A stretch of 64,000 bases of DNA from an uncultured Clostridia bacterium (GTDB lineage Bacteria; Bacillota; Clostridia; Christensenellales; UBA1242): assembly GCA_948442695.1 (NCBI GenBank), contig CAOJSF010000007.1:3861-67860 (forward strand), written 5' to 3'. A program made the position numbers and the translations under genes. The stretch's first letter is position 1; each line of letters starts with the position of its first letter. The notes under the pieces were generated by a model that was not told the DNA's origin, did no database searches, and saw only the letters and a program-made list of their open reading frames with translations. This document shows positions 1-10,082 of this stretch, piece by piece.

Positions 1-3000
1 AAAGATATGTGATTGTTCCATCATTTTCAGAAAGTTCATACACAGCATTCTTACCTGTGATTTCACGATAACTTACTTCGTTTGCAAGTTGAATAATTGT
101 AGTTGTATTTCCAAAGTTGTCGACAATGTCATAACGGACTTTTTGTGCCGAATTTGCACCTAAATTAATTGCAATTTGTAAAGTCGTGTTTCCAGTAAGT
201 GTTTTGAAACTAATGAATGATAATGCGGAAACAAATTCTTCGGTTGGAGTCCATGTGCCATAAACAATTTGGTTTGCCTCCATTATTTTGTTCCATTTGT
301 TTTCAGAAGTAGATGTTGTATTAAACTGAGATATGATAATCTTAGTAGGATAAACATAACTTGTTGTTTCGCTCATTGCTTGAGCAGTGGTAGGAACGCT
401 TATATTGAGTATTGCTGAAGTCTTTGTTGGGTCTTCAACTTTTTGAGTATTGAGTGATGCGTCCATAACTGAAATGAGAATCTTTGAGAAATTTCCAGTT
501 GTCCTATCTGTCAGCACCATTGAATGTTTATCTTTTGAAGAATTTACATTTTCAAAGAGTGAAGAAAGGGTTTTTACTGTAAAGTTTACTCCGCTTGATG
601 AGAATGATAATTGATAGATTTGATTTTCTTCAAGCCATGGCGATTTCATAAATCTTAAAAGTCCTTCGCCAGCACGAGTGAGAGTGAAATATTCCCATGA
701 GTCAGACATATAGTTTAAATCTTTTATTTCAAAGCCACTGTTTGAGTATATATTGAATCCATTTTCAATTTGGCTGTTGGAAATAGTGATATCTTCTTTT
801 GATATGGTGTTTGAATATGTGATAGCGTTTTCTTCAGTTGATTCATCGCTATCAGGGGAAAGTTGGACAATGTATACTGCCATATTTTTAGCATAATCCA
901 TTTCAACTATTTCATAATATCCTTTTTCAAGCCCGCCTATTTCTTCATCAGTCAAGATTTGAGTATAATTTCTTTCTGTGAAAGAATTTTTGTCAACTTG
1001 AGTATAACTATTTAAGTTGTCAATATATCTATAATAGATTGATTGAGTTTCAGTTGGGTTGTTTGAAGCACTAAGAAGTGTTGAAACAAGTGTGTCTGTA
1101 AAGAAATCCTTTGAAACATTAAAACTGAAATATTTGAAATATCCGTCTGAAATGTTGTATGTATAACTTGCAGTCTGGATTGTCGTTGTTGTAATATTTT
1201 CAATTTCTTCGTTTTTATAGTCAAAGTATTTTCTCATTGACATAAGTTGATAATTTGTTGTAAACGCTTGTTCTGTTGCCTGTTCTGTGAGGAACATCAA
1301 ATTTTGCAGGTTTTGTGAAGGTAGAACCTTGTCAAAATATATTCTTTTTGTAATAGTAGAATAATATTCTCGATTAAAGCCTTCATATTGCATTGTAATA
1401 TCTAGATAAATATCTTTTATATTGCTGTTTATAAGATTTTGTGTATCTATTGTGAAAGACTTTGTGTTTCCTTCGGTTTTGATATCTGATATTGTTGGAT
1501 TAAGTTGAGTATTGCTTGCTCGAACAATAATTTTGTCCTTACTTTCGTCAATCTTTGCTTCATATTCGCTTGTTGGAACTTGCCATGAAACTGTGAGAGA
1601 ATCAGAGTTTGTATAATATGTTGTCGCAGATTCTTTTGTGCTGTTGAGAAGATAGCCGTCAGAGCCCTTTATATCAAAGTTAGGAGCCTGTGAAGTGATT
1701 TCAAATCCAAACTTATAAAGGCTGTTGTATAACTTACTTTCACTTCCTATATTTGAAGCCTGATATAATGTGACAATATATGTTCCTGTTTGATAGAAGT
1801 TTATGACAGGTGAGTTTTTATCTGCACTGCCTGTGACTTTTCCATCTTTGCCAGTAGTAGAGTAGAGGGTGAGGAAACCATTATTTTCTGAATAGTCAGA
1901 GCAATAATATTTTTCTACTGTGCGATTATTTTCTTTCACTTGTGCATATACTTCTGCATAAATCTTGTATTCTTCAATACTTGAAGTATTTAAGAACTTG
2001 ATTGCATCGTTTTCATAGGCAAAACTGTCTACAACTGTCCCTTCAACATAGACATCATACATCTTTGATTGATCATTGTATTCATAACGAGAATTGCCAT
2101 AATATGAAAGGTTTTCATTTTTGTTTGAATGATATTCTTTGATTCCATTGTTTATAGTGTCAAGACTTGAGATAGTGTATTTATGCGTTGGAATATAAAG
2201 TGATAATGGAAGTTTGTTTCCGCTTACTGCAACACTTTGAATGCCCTCATTTCCCTGGAAATTTTCTTTTGAATAGAAAGAGCCAGTGTTCAACCCATTT
2301 TGATTATATTTTGGGAATGAGATTTCAATGTTTGAGTTGTTTCCGCTGTAGAAACTGAGTAAGATGTCGCCTCCAACCAAACTTTCAAGTGATGAAACTT
2401 GTTTTCCATCAATAGTGATATTTTGACCATTTTCATCTTTTGCATATACAGTTTCAGGCTTGCTTACAAGTCCGTTGTTGTCGATAATGATTGAAAGTGT
2501 GCGTTTGAAGAAATCATTTTTTGTATTGCTTTCATTTTGAGAATCTTCTTTATAAATTCTTTCAAATACATATTTCCCTGGAAGAGGTGGTTTGCCTGCT
2601 TCAAGAGACAGATCATATTCCAGAGCCGTTCCAGTTTCATATTGTCTGTCAGATGCGGTAAATATGTTCAGTTTTGAAGAAGGTTCGCTCGCCAAATCAT
2701 AGTAGTAATAATAATTGTTGCTGCCAGTATATTTTTTAAATCTTGGCTCGTATTTATAATAGTAAAGCACAACGCTTTGAAGTTGAGAACCATTTTCTGC
2801 AACAGGGATATAATAGAGTTTTAATTGATCTGAAGTCGATTTTGCAGAAGTTGGTGTATAATAAGAAAATTTGTATTTATAGTCAGTTTTTATATAATTT
2901 TCATCGCTGATGTGTGTATAATCTATTATTTTTTTGTTTTGACTATCATCATTTTTATCTGGGATGCCATAAAGATTTCCTGTGAAACTGAAACTTGAGA

Positions 3001-6000
3001 AGTTAAGCACTTCATTATTTTGATTTTTAAGCATCATTTGTGATGCGTCTGAAGTGACATTGAATGAGAGATAACCACTATGGTGATTTTTGTATAAAAT
3101 GTCTTCGTTTTCAGCAAAGAAGGTGTTTGATGCGTCTCGAACAAGAATTTTAAATGTTTTATTGTCAAAAAGCACATTGCCATCATTGTCATAAAATTCT
3201 AATTTGTATCTAAATTTTTCTTCCTCTTTTGTAGGAGAGACAGGCACAAAAGTTGAACTATTGCCGTCCTTTAAATAATATTTTTCATCAATATCAATCA
3301 ATAAATAATAACAATTATATCCATTCTCATCATTTATTCCAGATTGATCATTTTTCTGAATTGTAATTGATTCTTTTGGTTTTCTGATGTTTTCATTGTT
3401 TGTTTTCTTGAAAAATTCACTTACAAGTTCATATAGTTTTGTGTTTGCATTTTCTACATCAACACCATATTGATATGCTTTGATATTTAAAATAGCATCA
3501 ATATTTTCAAGCAAGATTGCCTTTTGTGGTGACCAGATGATAGACATTTCAGTGTTTTGTGGTGGCACTGGAAGACACTCATTGTTTTTGAATATACTTC
3601 TCATAATACTGCCATTGTCCACTTCTTGAACAAAGATAGGACTTGATGTGTCAATAAGATAGATTGCAAATGTAGAGTTTCCAGCCTGGTCATAGACCTC
3701 TAATATATAGAATCCATCACTAGATTTCACATAAGTAGAAGGTATAGAAGAGGTATAAGATAATGAGTTTGAATATTCTGTCCACTGCATACGATTGTTA
3801 CTGTCAAGGTCTATTTTATATGAAACAGGCAAAAATCCTTCATTGTTGAGATAATTTAAAAGGGTAGACTGTTCTCCAACATTAAGTGAAGAATAATAAT
3901 TTATCTGCTGAGTTGGAATAAAAGTCACATAACCATAAGTTTTTGCTCCGCTTGCCTTTTCATCCCATGACAATACGAATGGTTGGTTTGTATTGAATGA
4001 TGAAAATTCATCTCTAAGTTGATAAGAAGTTGATGAAACCAAACTTACATTGCGAGATGTAACATTATTTATTTGATTTGTATCAATAGTAAATGTTCTT
4101 GTGCTAGGTTTTGTTGAGTTTGCCGATTTGATTTTGATTGTAAAATGTGCGTTTGCAAACTTGTTTGTAGTTTCAATCAAAATACCATTTTTATTTGCAA
4201 TTTTATTGTTGAAAGTTTCGCCGAGTGAACCACCATTTTCAGTTTGCTCAAACTTCTGATATGCCATGCCAAATTCAGAGAGTTCTTGCAACAACTTGTC
4301 TTTGAAGAAGTATGACTTGTCTTGATAGTTTTGTGCTGAAACTGTGATTTCAACTTTTGCATCATATATGTTGTTTTCAGAATTGTTTAAAATATAAACA
4401 TTTCTGTTTGTGAAGCCATTTGTGTAAACTTCATTAAGTTGACCATCATAAACATCAACAGTAGGGGTGGTGTTTGTGATTGTGAAATAGAAGATTTGAT
4501 AGTGATATCTTGCACTTTGCAAAGTTCCGCTTGTTGACATAAATGAATCATATTGATATTGAATGATATAAAGATATTTTCCTGCAGAGTTTTGATTGTC
4601 ACCCTGGAAGGCTTCAACTATAAACTTATCTTTATTAATTTCAAATTCATTTTCATCATTTTTGTTATAAAGTTTGTCGTTCTTTGTAATATCGCCATTT
4701 ATTTTATATAATTTGCTAGATGCTGTGTTTTTTGAATTAGTTGCAAACTTAATAGGTGTTTGGTTTGTTGATGCAGGTTGAATGTTTCCATTTGCAATGG
4801 CTGATACAGTGTAATTAGCCAAATTTATTACATCAAAATTGTTGTCAGAAGAAGGATTTGTAAATTTAAGGCTATCTTTGATGGTAGTATCGTTTATTGC
4901 ATCGTCTTTTAAATTTGAGATATAATTATTTACCTGACTTGTGATATCGGCAGATTTAAAATATCCGTCCTCATTGTCATAAGTCTTTATGTCTTTACTT
5001 TTTGGTTGGTTTGTCACAGTGTTTATGTCTGAATAATCAGAATACATTGCTTGATAACCATAGATATACAATCTTTGTGACTTGTTTTTGAAAATGGAAT
5101 TGTTGCTTAGGCTGTCAAGGTCTAAGTTGTAAATAGTTGTTTCGCCATTTCTTTCAATAGTGTAGAGGTATGAAAATGCTATGTCATAACTTCCTATATC
5201 AGAGAAAACAACAACTGCAGATTTTTCACCATTTTCTTCATTTAAATAATATCTTATAAAATTATCTGAATTTGGAATTTCATTTCCCAGATTGTCAAGG
5301 GCAACAAGTCTGCCATTCTGATATTCAAGTTTCACCTCTTTTGTCTCTTGATCAAGGTTTGTTTGCTCAATAGTGAGAGAATATCTTTCTGGGTTGAATT
5401 TGATTGTTGGAAGTGTGTTTTCTTGTCTTGCATAAGCAAAATTGTAGAAATAGTATGTTGAAAAGTCATTTGATGACGAAAGGTTTGAAATCTGGATGTT
5501 CTGTGAAGGTGTTATCTGAGGCTTGCCACTTGCAGTATCAAAATATGTACTTGCATTGAAAATCATAAAATTATAATACAATTCTTTGAGGTTTCCTTCA
5601 AAAGTGATTCCGCCGTTTGTGGTTTTGTATTCCATAATTGGCACAACCAGGGTGTAGATACCTTCTTTATTTAAAGTTACAATATGTTTATCATTGCTTG
5701 TTTCACCAAAAGTAATTTCATCATTCTTTGTGTTTAACATAAATTCAATGTTGAATTGCTTAGGCGTGAATGAAGCATTCGACGGAATGAAAGAATTGTC
5801 ATGTTTTTTAAAATAATTTTCTGGTGTTTTGCCATAAAGGAAATTTTGCTTATCACCTATGTTTCCACTTGCAACATCTTGTGATGTGAGGTCATAATAG
5901 AGTGATAATGAACTTGCAAAATCAAAATAATAGTATATTTGACCATTATTATTGTTTTCAGGCATATAATAATAGTTTGTTTCTATTATAGTCTCATTAG

Positions 6001-6313
6001 GATTATTTTTGTCCTCAATTTTATTTCTTGTAATAATACTATTTGCTATTTTAATATTATTACTGCTTCCATTTTGAAATAAATAAACAGTATCACCTAC
6101 GAAAGAAACGCCAGTGCTACTGCCATTAGATGGTTCTATATTAAAATAGTCAGGCAAATCGTTTGAAATTTGCGATTGCATTGCAAATTCAGCAGATGAA
6201 TTTTTGCAATTGCCATCTTTAAGATTTAAAGTCAGAAACCCGCCAAAACTCAAGCAAAAAATTAAGGCCAAAGGCAAGGAAAGTTTTTTAAATAAATTTG
6301 ATAATTTTTTCAT
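1..6313 (-). CDS. Giant secreted/surface protein, >2100 aa; C-terminus lies beyond window start (partial)
   Basis: Absent from the ORF track because it runs off the edge. ATG at 6313-6311 follows a GAGGTG SD. N-terminus MKKLSNLFKKLSLPLALIFCLSFGGF looks like a signal peptide. Frame hand-checked open at 6313-6180, 3061-3000 and 61-2. N/Y/S/T-rich; no motif recognised. Confidence 0.8.
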   Translation of the reverse strand, partial: MKKLSNLFKKLSLPLALIFCLSFGGFLTLNLKDGNCKNSSAEFAMQSQISNDLPDYFNIEPSNGSSTGVSFVGDTVYLFQNGSSNNIKIANSIITRNKIEDKNNPNETIIETNYYYMPENNNNGQIYYYFDFASSLSLYYDLTSQDVASGNIGDKQNFLYGKTPENYFKKHDNSFIPSNASFTPKQFNIEFMLNTKNDEITFGETSNDKHIVTLNKEGIYTLVVPIMEYKTTNGGITFEGNLKELYYNFMIFNASTYFDTASGKPQITPSQNIQISNLSSSNDFSTYYFYNFAYARQENTLPTIKFNPERYSLTIEQTNLDQETKEVKLEYQNGRLVALDNLGNEIPNSDNFIRYYLNEENGEKSAVVVFSDIGSYDIAFSYLYTIERNGETTIYNLDLDSLSNNSIFKNKSQRLYIYGYQAMYSDYSDINTVTNQPKSKDIKTYDNEDGYFKSADITSQVNNYISNLKDDAINDTTIKDSLKFTNPSSDNNFDVINLANYTVSAIANGNIQPASTNQTPIKFATNSKNTASSKLYKINGDITKNDKLYNKNDENEFEINKDKFIVEAFQGDNQNSAGKYLYIIQYQYDSFMSTSGTLQSARYHYQIFYFTITNTTPTVDVYDGQLNEVYTNGFTNRNVYILNNSENNIYDAKVEITVSAQNYQDKSYFFKDKLLQELSEFGMAYQKFEQTENGGSLGETFNNKIANKNGILIETTNKFANAHFTIKIKSANSTKPSTRTFTIDTNQINNVTSRNVSLVSSTSYQLRDEFSSFNTNQPFVLSWDEKASGAKTYGYVTFIPTQQINYYSSLNVGEQSTLLNYLNNEGFLPVSYKIDLDSNNRMQWTEYSNSLSYTSSIPSTYVKSSDGFYILEVYDQAGNSTFAIYLIDTSSPIFVQEVDNGSIMRSIFKNNECLPVPPQNTEMSIIWSPQKAILLENIDAILNIKAYQYGVDVENANTKLYELVSEFFKKTNNENIRKPKESITIQKNDQSGINDENGYNCYYLLIDIDEKYYLKDGNSSTFVPVSPTKEEEKFRYKLEFYDNDGNVLFDNKTFKILVRDASNTFFAENEDILYKNHHSGYLSFNVTSDASQMMLKNQNNEVLNFSSFSFTGNLYGIPDKNDDSQNKKIIDYTHISDENYIKTDYKYKFSYYTPTSAKSTSDQLKLYYIPVAENGSQLQSVVLYYYKYEPRFKKYTGSNNYYYYYDLASEPSSKLNIFTASDRQYETGTALEYDLSLEAGKPPLPGKYVFERIYKEDSQNESNTKNDFFKRTLSIIIDNNGLVSKPETVYAKDENGQNITIDGKQVSSLESLVGGDILLSFYSGNNSNIEISFPKYNQNGLNTGSFYSKENFQGNEGIQSVAVSGNKLPLSLYIPTHKYTISSLDTINNGIKEYHSNKNENLSYYGNSRYEYNDQSKMYDVYVEGTVVDSFAYENDAIKFLNTSSIEEYKIYAEVYAQVKENNRTVEKYYCSDYSENNGFLTLYSTTGKDGKVTGSADKNSPVINFYQTGTYIVTLYQASNIGSESKLYNSLYKFGFEITSQAPNFDIKGSDGYLLNSTKESATTYYTNSDSLTVSWQVPTSEYEAKIDESKDKIIVRASNTQLNPTISDIKTEGNTKSFTIDTQNLINSNIKDIYLDITMQYEGFNREYYSTITKRIYFDKVLPSQNLQNLMFLTEQATEQAFTTNYQLMSMRKYFDYKNEEIENITTTTIQTASYTYNISDGYFKYFSFNVSKDFFTDTLVSTLLSASNNPTETQSIYYRYIDNLNSYTQVDKNSFTERNYTQILTDEEIGGLEKGYYEIVEMDYAKNMAVYIVQLSPDSDESTEENAITYSNTISKEDITISNSQIENGFNIYSNSGFEIKDLNYMSDSWEYFTLTRAGEGLLRFMKSPWLEENQIYQLSFSSSGVNFTVKTLSSLFENVNSSKDKHSMVLTDRTTGNFSKILISVMDASLNTQKVEDPTKTSAILNISVPTTAQAMSETTSYVYPTKIIISQFNTTSTSENKWNKIMEANQIVYGTWTPTEEFVSALSFISFKTLTGNTTLQIAINLGANSAQKVRYDIVDNFGNTTTIIQLANEVSYREITGKNAVYELSENDGTITYL

Positions 6314-6532
6314 AAAACACCTCACAAACATTTTAACATAAGCCGAGAGAAAATCAAAATAAATTTATGTATTTATATAAATAATATATTAATTATTATA
6401 TAATACTTAATATTAATTCTAAACTATTGTATACATAAAATAACTTTTTAACCAACTTCGGCTAATTTTTTAGTTTTAATTAAAAAAATTGTCATATTCT
6501 CTTTAAGCAACATAAATAAGAAAGAGGTATTT

Positions 6533-7618
6533 ATGAAAAAACTTTCTTTATGTATGATTGTCAAGGATGAGGAAAAAACTTTGGCAAGAGCACTTGAAAA
6601 TGTGCATTTGTTCGCGGATGAAATAATAATAGTTGACACAGGCTCGACTGATAAAACAAAAGAAATCGCAGGCAGGTTTAGTAAAAATGTCTATGATTTT
6701 AAGTGGGTTGGTGATTTTTCAAAGGCTCGAAATTTCTCTTTTGATAAAGCATCTTCCCCTTACATAATGTGGCTTGATGCCGATGATATCATTCCGCTTT
6801 CGACTGCACAAAATATTGCAACATGGAAGGAGGATGATTCTCAGCCTGATGTTGTAATGTGTCCATATGTTGCAAACTATGATGAAGAGTTTAATCCGAT
6901 TTTTGAATATCTGAGAGAGCGAATTGTCAAAAATACAAAGGTTCTCAGGTGGCATGACCGTGTGCATGAAGTGATTGTTCCTTGCGGTAATGTGGTCACT
7001 ATGAAAGATATAAAAATCTTCCATGGCAAGAAAGAAAGCAAATCTTCTTCACGCAATCTTTTGATTTATAAGCAGATGATTGAAGAGGGTGAAAAACTTA
7101 GTCCTCGTGGAATGTTTTACTATGCACGAGAACTTTATTTCAACAACCTCATTGATGAGGCAATTCATGAGTTTTCAAGGTTTTTATCAAGTGGTCAGGG
7201 CTGGAGGGAAAACAATATTGAGGCTTGTCTGGACCTAGCGAAATGTTATTGCATAAAAGAAAAATATTTAAATGCTTTGACCTCACTTTTTGGCACTTTT
7301 ATTTATGACCTGCCCAGAAGTGAAGTGCTGTATGAAATAGGAAATGTCTATTCTATAATGCAGGATTATAACCATGCTATTTACTGGTATAAACTGGCAC
7401 TGGAGAGTAAACCAGAACTTGAAAGCGGTGGTTTTGTCAATATCGAAACATCATCATTTTTGCCCGCTCTTGCCTTATGTGTTTGTTATGATAAACTGGG
7501 TGATAAAATAAACGCTTATCATTTTCATCTTATTGCAAAGGGATTTAAAGGGGATGATGAATCTGTGTTGCATAATCAAGAATATTTTGATAATTTAATA
7601 AAAAATAATGAAATTTAA
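6533..7618 (+). CDS. Family 2 glycosyltransferase with C-terminal TPR-like repeats
   Basis: 361-aa ORF. LSLCMIVKDEEKTL...IIIVDTGSTDKT and WLDADD (DxD) are GT-A/GT2 hallmarks. C-terminal half has TPR-like helices (YNHAIYWYKLALE). Confidence 0.8.
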   Translation: MKKLSLCMIVKDEEKTLARALENVHLFADEIIIVDTGSTDKTKEIAGRFSKNVYDFKWVGDFSKARNFSFDKASSPYIMWLDADDIIPLSTAQNIATWKEDDSQPDVVMCPYVANYDEEFNPIFEYLRERIVKNTKVLRWHDRVHEVIVPCGNVVTMKDIKIFHGKKESKSSSRNLLIYKQMIEEGEKLSPRGMFYYARELYFNNLIDEAIHEFSRFLSSGQGWRENNIEACLDLAKCYCIKEKYLNALTSLFGTFIYDLPRSEVLYEIGNVYSIMQDYNHAIYWYKLALESKPELESGGFVNIETSSFLPALALCVCYDKLGDKINAYHFHLIAKGFKGDDESVLHNQEYFDNLIKNNEI

Positions 7619-7630
7619 CAAAAAAACATT

Positions 7631-7657
7631 AAAAAAATCGCAAAAATGCGGTTTTTT
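7631..7657. terminator. Weak bidirectional intrinsic terminator between convergent genes
   Basis: A7 - ATCGCA aaaa TGCGGT (6 bp, one G.U) - T6, between the stops at 7618 (+) and 7738 (-). Confidence 0.45.
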
Positions 7658-7737
7658 CTTTTAATTAACTGTCTTTTATATGATTTTTAGTTAATTTTCA
7701 GTTTTATAAATTCAACTTTTGACGATTAATTTTATTT

Positions 7738-8673
7738 TTATTTAAGGTCAAAATTGTCAAATTGTCTCAACTTATTTTTAAGAATGTCAAGGAATTTTTC
7801 TCTGTCCACAGCGGATGTAAATTCATGTTTTCCGTCTTCTTTGAAGATGACATCAGTCTTGCCTGGCATATCGGTTGTATTGACATCAAGATCTATTTTT
7901 TCTACAGTAAAAATCTCAGGGTGGACGAGATACATATAGGCACAGGTATCATTTGTTGCAATGCGTTTGTCGGCATATCCAGGTTCCCAGTAAGTGGTAT
8001 ACATCTGATAGATAAAGTCGCCAACTTTGTTTACGCCTTTGATTTTGTTCATGACAAATTCTTCATCAAGATGTGCCTTAAGTCTTCCCATATCAGAAGG
8101 AATCATTGTAAGAGGAATATTGCTTTCAAGCACGATTTTCATCGCTTCTGGGTCAGTTGAAATATTGAAAGAAATGTGATTTGGATAGCCTTCAATTCCA
8201 TAAGGAGATCCGCCCATAAATACAATCTTAGGAATCTTTTTTGCAATGTCAGGATGTTTTTGAAGAAGGGTGCCCATGTTGGTTTGTGGCCCTAAGAGAA
8301 GGACTATAATATCTCCATCACCTTCGCTTAAAACTTTATACATTGCCTCAACTGCATCAAGTTCATGCAGTGGTCTTGAAACGGTCTTTGGAGGGTTGTA
8401 GCCGCCCAGTCCTTCAACTGAATGTATAAACTCTGCATATGGGCTGTTTCTTTGCATCGCTTTGTGGCAACCTTTTGCAACAGGAATATCAACGCCAAAT
8501 TTGTCAAGAATGTGAAGTATGTTTCGAGTTGTAGTTTCGACGCCCACATTTCCAGAAACAGAAGTTATAAGTTTTATATCAAGTTTTTCATCAAATAGTG
8601 CATACGCAATGCAGGCTGCATCATCAACACCAGCATCAGAATCAATAATTACTTTAATTTTTTCATCTTTCAT
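7738..8673 (-). CDS. Nucleoside hydrolase (inosine-uridine-preferring / Rih family)
   Basis: 311-aa ORF. N-terminal IIDSDAGVDDAACIAYAL is the DxDxxxDD aspartate cluster of IUNH-family ribonucleoside hydrolases. SD AAAGGAAAA upstream. Confidence 0.85.
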   Translation of the reverse strand: MKDEKIKVIIDSDAGVDDAACIAYALFDEKLDIKLITSVSGNVGVETTTRNILHILDKFGVDIPVAKGCHKAMQRNSPYAEFIHSVEGLGGYNPPKTVSRPLHELDAVEAMYKVLSEGDGDIIVLLLGPQTNMGTLLQKHPDIAKKIPKIVFMGGSPYGIEGYPNHISFNISTDPEAMKIVLESNIPLTMIPSDMGRLKAHLDEEFVMNKIKGVNKVGDFIYQMYTTYWEPGYADKRIATNDTCAYMYLVHPEIFTVEKIDLDVNTTDMPGKTDVIFKEDGKHEFTSAVDREKFLDILKNKLRQFDNFDLK

Positions 8674-8829
8674 GTCATTTTCCTTTTAAGTAATAAAAAT
8701 GCAGAAGTAAAATATGTCGAGTAAGATTTTTTGTTTATAAACAAATATAGGTTTGGTTTTGCTTCTGCAATGCTCACCTAATTATTATATACAATTTTAA
8801 GCAAAAAAGCAAATGTTTTATTATTTTTC

Positions 8830-8858
8830 TTGCAAATTTAAAGCAATTATGATAAAAT
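8830..8858 (+). promoter_or_regulatory. Sigma-A-type promoter for tRNA-Ser
   Basis: TTGCAA (8830-8835), 17-nt spacer, TAAAAT (8853-8858), ending 8 nt before the tRNA 5' end. Confidence 0.5.
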
Positions 8859-8866
8859 TACGACAT

Positions 8867-8957
8867 GGAGACGTACCGAAGAGGTCGCAACGGGACGCAC
8901 TCGAAATGCGTTTGTCGGGAAACCGGCACATGGGTTCGAATCCCATCGTCTCCGCCA
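8867..8957 (+). tRNA. tRNA-Ser (anticodon CGA)
   Basis: Hand-folded. Acceptor GGAGACG/CGTCTCC; 3-bp D stem; anticodon stem ACGCA/TGCGT with loop CTCGAAA (CGA); long variable arm CGG-GAAA-CCG; T arm ATGGG-TTCGAAT-CCCAT; encoded CCA. Confidence 0.95.
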
Positions 8958-9005
8958 GAAATATTTAGAATAAAAATCTATACTATATTTTTTATATGGG
9001 GGGGG

Positions 9006-9383
9006 ATGAAAAAAAGAAGTTTATTTGAAATGTTTTTATTGACTGCTATATTTAAAGGGTTTTATTTACTATACTGGATTGCGTCTACTCAAAATTCGCT
9101 AGAATTAGAAACAAAAGGATCGTTCAGTTTTAAAACAAATCAAAATCATATTAGCGGTGGACTTACAATAGTTTTGATTATTTTTACATTTGGATTATAT
9201 TACCTTTACTGGCAATGGAATACTTGCAAAATTTTAAGTAAAAAAGGTGCTCCTGACAACAGTCTTATTACACTGATTTTATCGATATTAATAATAGGAA
9301 TAATCTTGAATCCTTTTATAATTCAATCTTCTATTAATAATCTAATTACTTCTGATTTTTCAAATCATAGATTTAAATATTAA
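9006..9383 (+). CDS. Small membrane protein, DUF4234-like
   Basis: Track ORF 8865..9383 overlaps the tRNA, so the start was trimmed to the ATG at 9006. Two copies of the hydrophobic G(F/L)Y-LYW motif (FKGFYLLYWI, FGLYYLYWQW), as in DUF4234 proteins. A G8 tract abuts the start. Confidence 0.6.
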   Translation: MKKRSLFEMFLLTAIFKGFYLLYWIASTQNSLELETKGSFSFKTNQNHISGGLTIVLIIFTFGLYYLYWQWNTCKILSKKGAPDNSLITLILSILIIGIILNPFIIQSSINNLITSDFSNHRFKY

Positions 9384-9504
9384 AAGTGTTCCTAATTTTA
9401 TATTAATTAGTAAAAAATTTAATAATAAAATAATCAAATTACATATTTTTTTCATTTAAAGAAATTTATTACAAATTATAATTATAAAAAGCAGGGAGGT
9501 AAAA

Positions 9505-9985
9505 ATGGGAATGACGCAAATAAAGACTATTTTAATAGTAAAGCAAAAATGATGTTTGATTTATATAGACAAAATCTACCGTGCAAAAAAGCATATGCTG
9601 TTGTAAGCAAAGGTGATAAGTTTTTGGTGCTGGATACTCCTGCGAAAAAATATAAATATCAACTTGCAGGTGGCAGTGTTGAAGCATATGAACAAAGCAT
9701 TGATGCAATTTTAAGGGAAAAAAGGAAGAAATGAATGTCAATGCAAAAGTTTCTAAAAAACTGGGAGAAATCTGTTATAAAAGTCGTTGGACTTATGATG
9801 AAAATGAATTTGAAGTTGAAAATATAGCAGAAGTATTTTTGTCGGAGTTTATTTCATATGGAGAAAACTCACAACTAGGTCTTGATGGTGAATTTGCTGG
9901 AAATATAAAAGTTGTGGAAATATTTAAAGATGAAATACTTGAAAATGTCTATGAATTTGTAAGTGGCAAGATTAATCTAGGTTAA
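9505..9985 (+). pseudogene. Nudix hydrolase interrupted by two 1-nt frameshifts in poly-A runs
   Basis: A strong SD (GGGAGG) serves a 15-codon ORF (9505-9552). It overlaps ORF 9549-9734, which overlaps ORF 9731-9985. Adding one A at A5 (9545-9549) and one at A6 (9718-9723) fuses all three and restores the Nudix box GSVEAYEQSIDAILREKKEEMNV. Confidence 0.6.
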
Positions 9986-10082
9986 ATTGCGATTGCAAGT
10001 GTAGAAATATTGTGTTATTATATAAATAAAACTATTTAGACAATTCTTCTAAAAAATAATTGTGAAAAATTAAGGGGGCATA

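Noticed and set aside
8865-9005. N-terminal 47 codons of track ORF 8865..9383.
   Set aside because: This part is the tRNA-Ser gene read as protein. The real CDS starts at the ATG at 9006.
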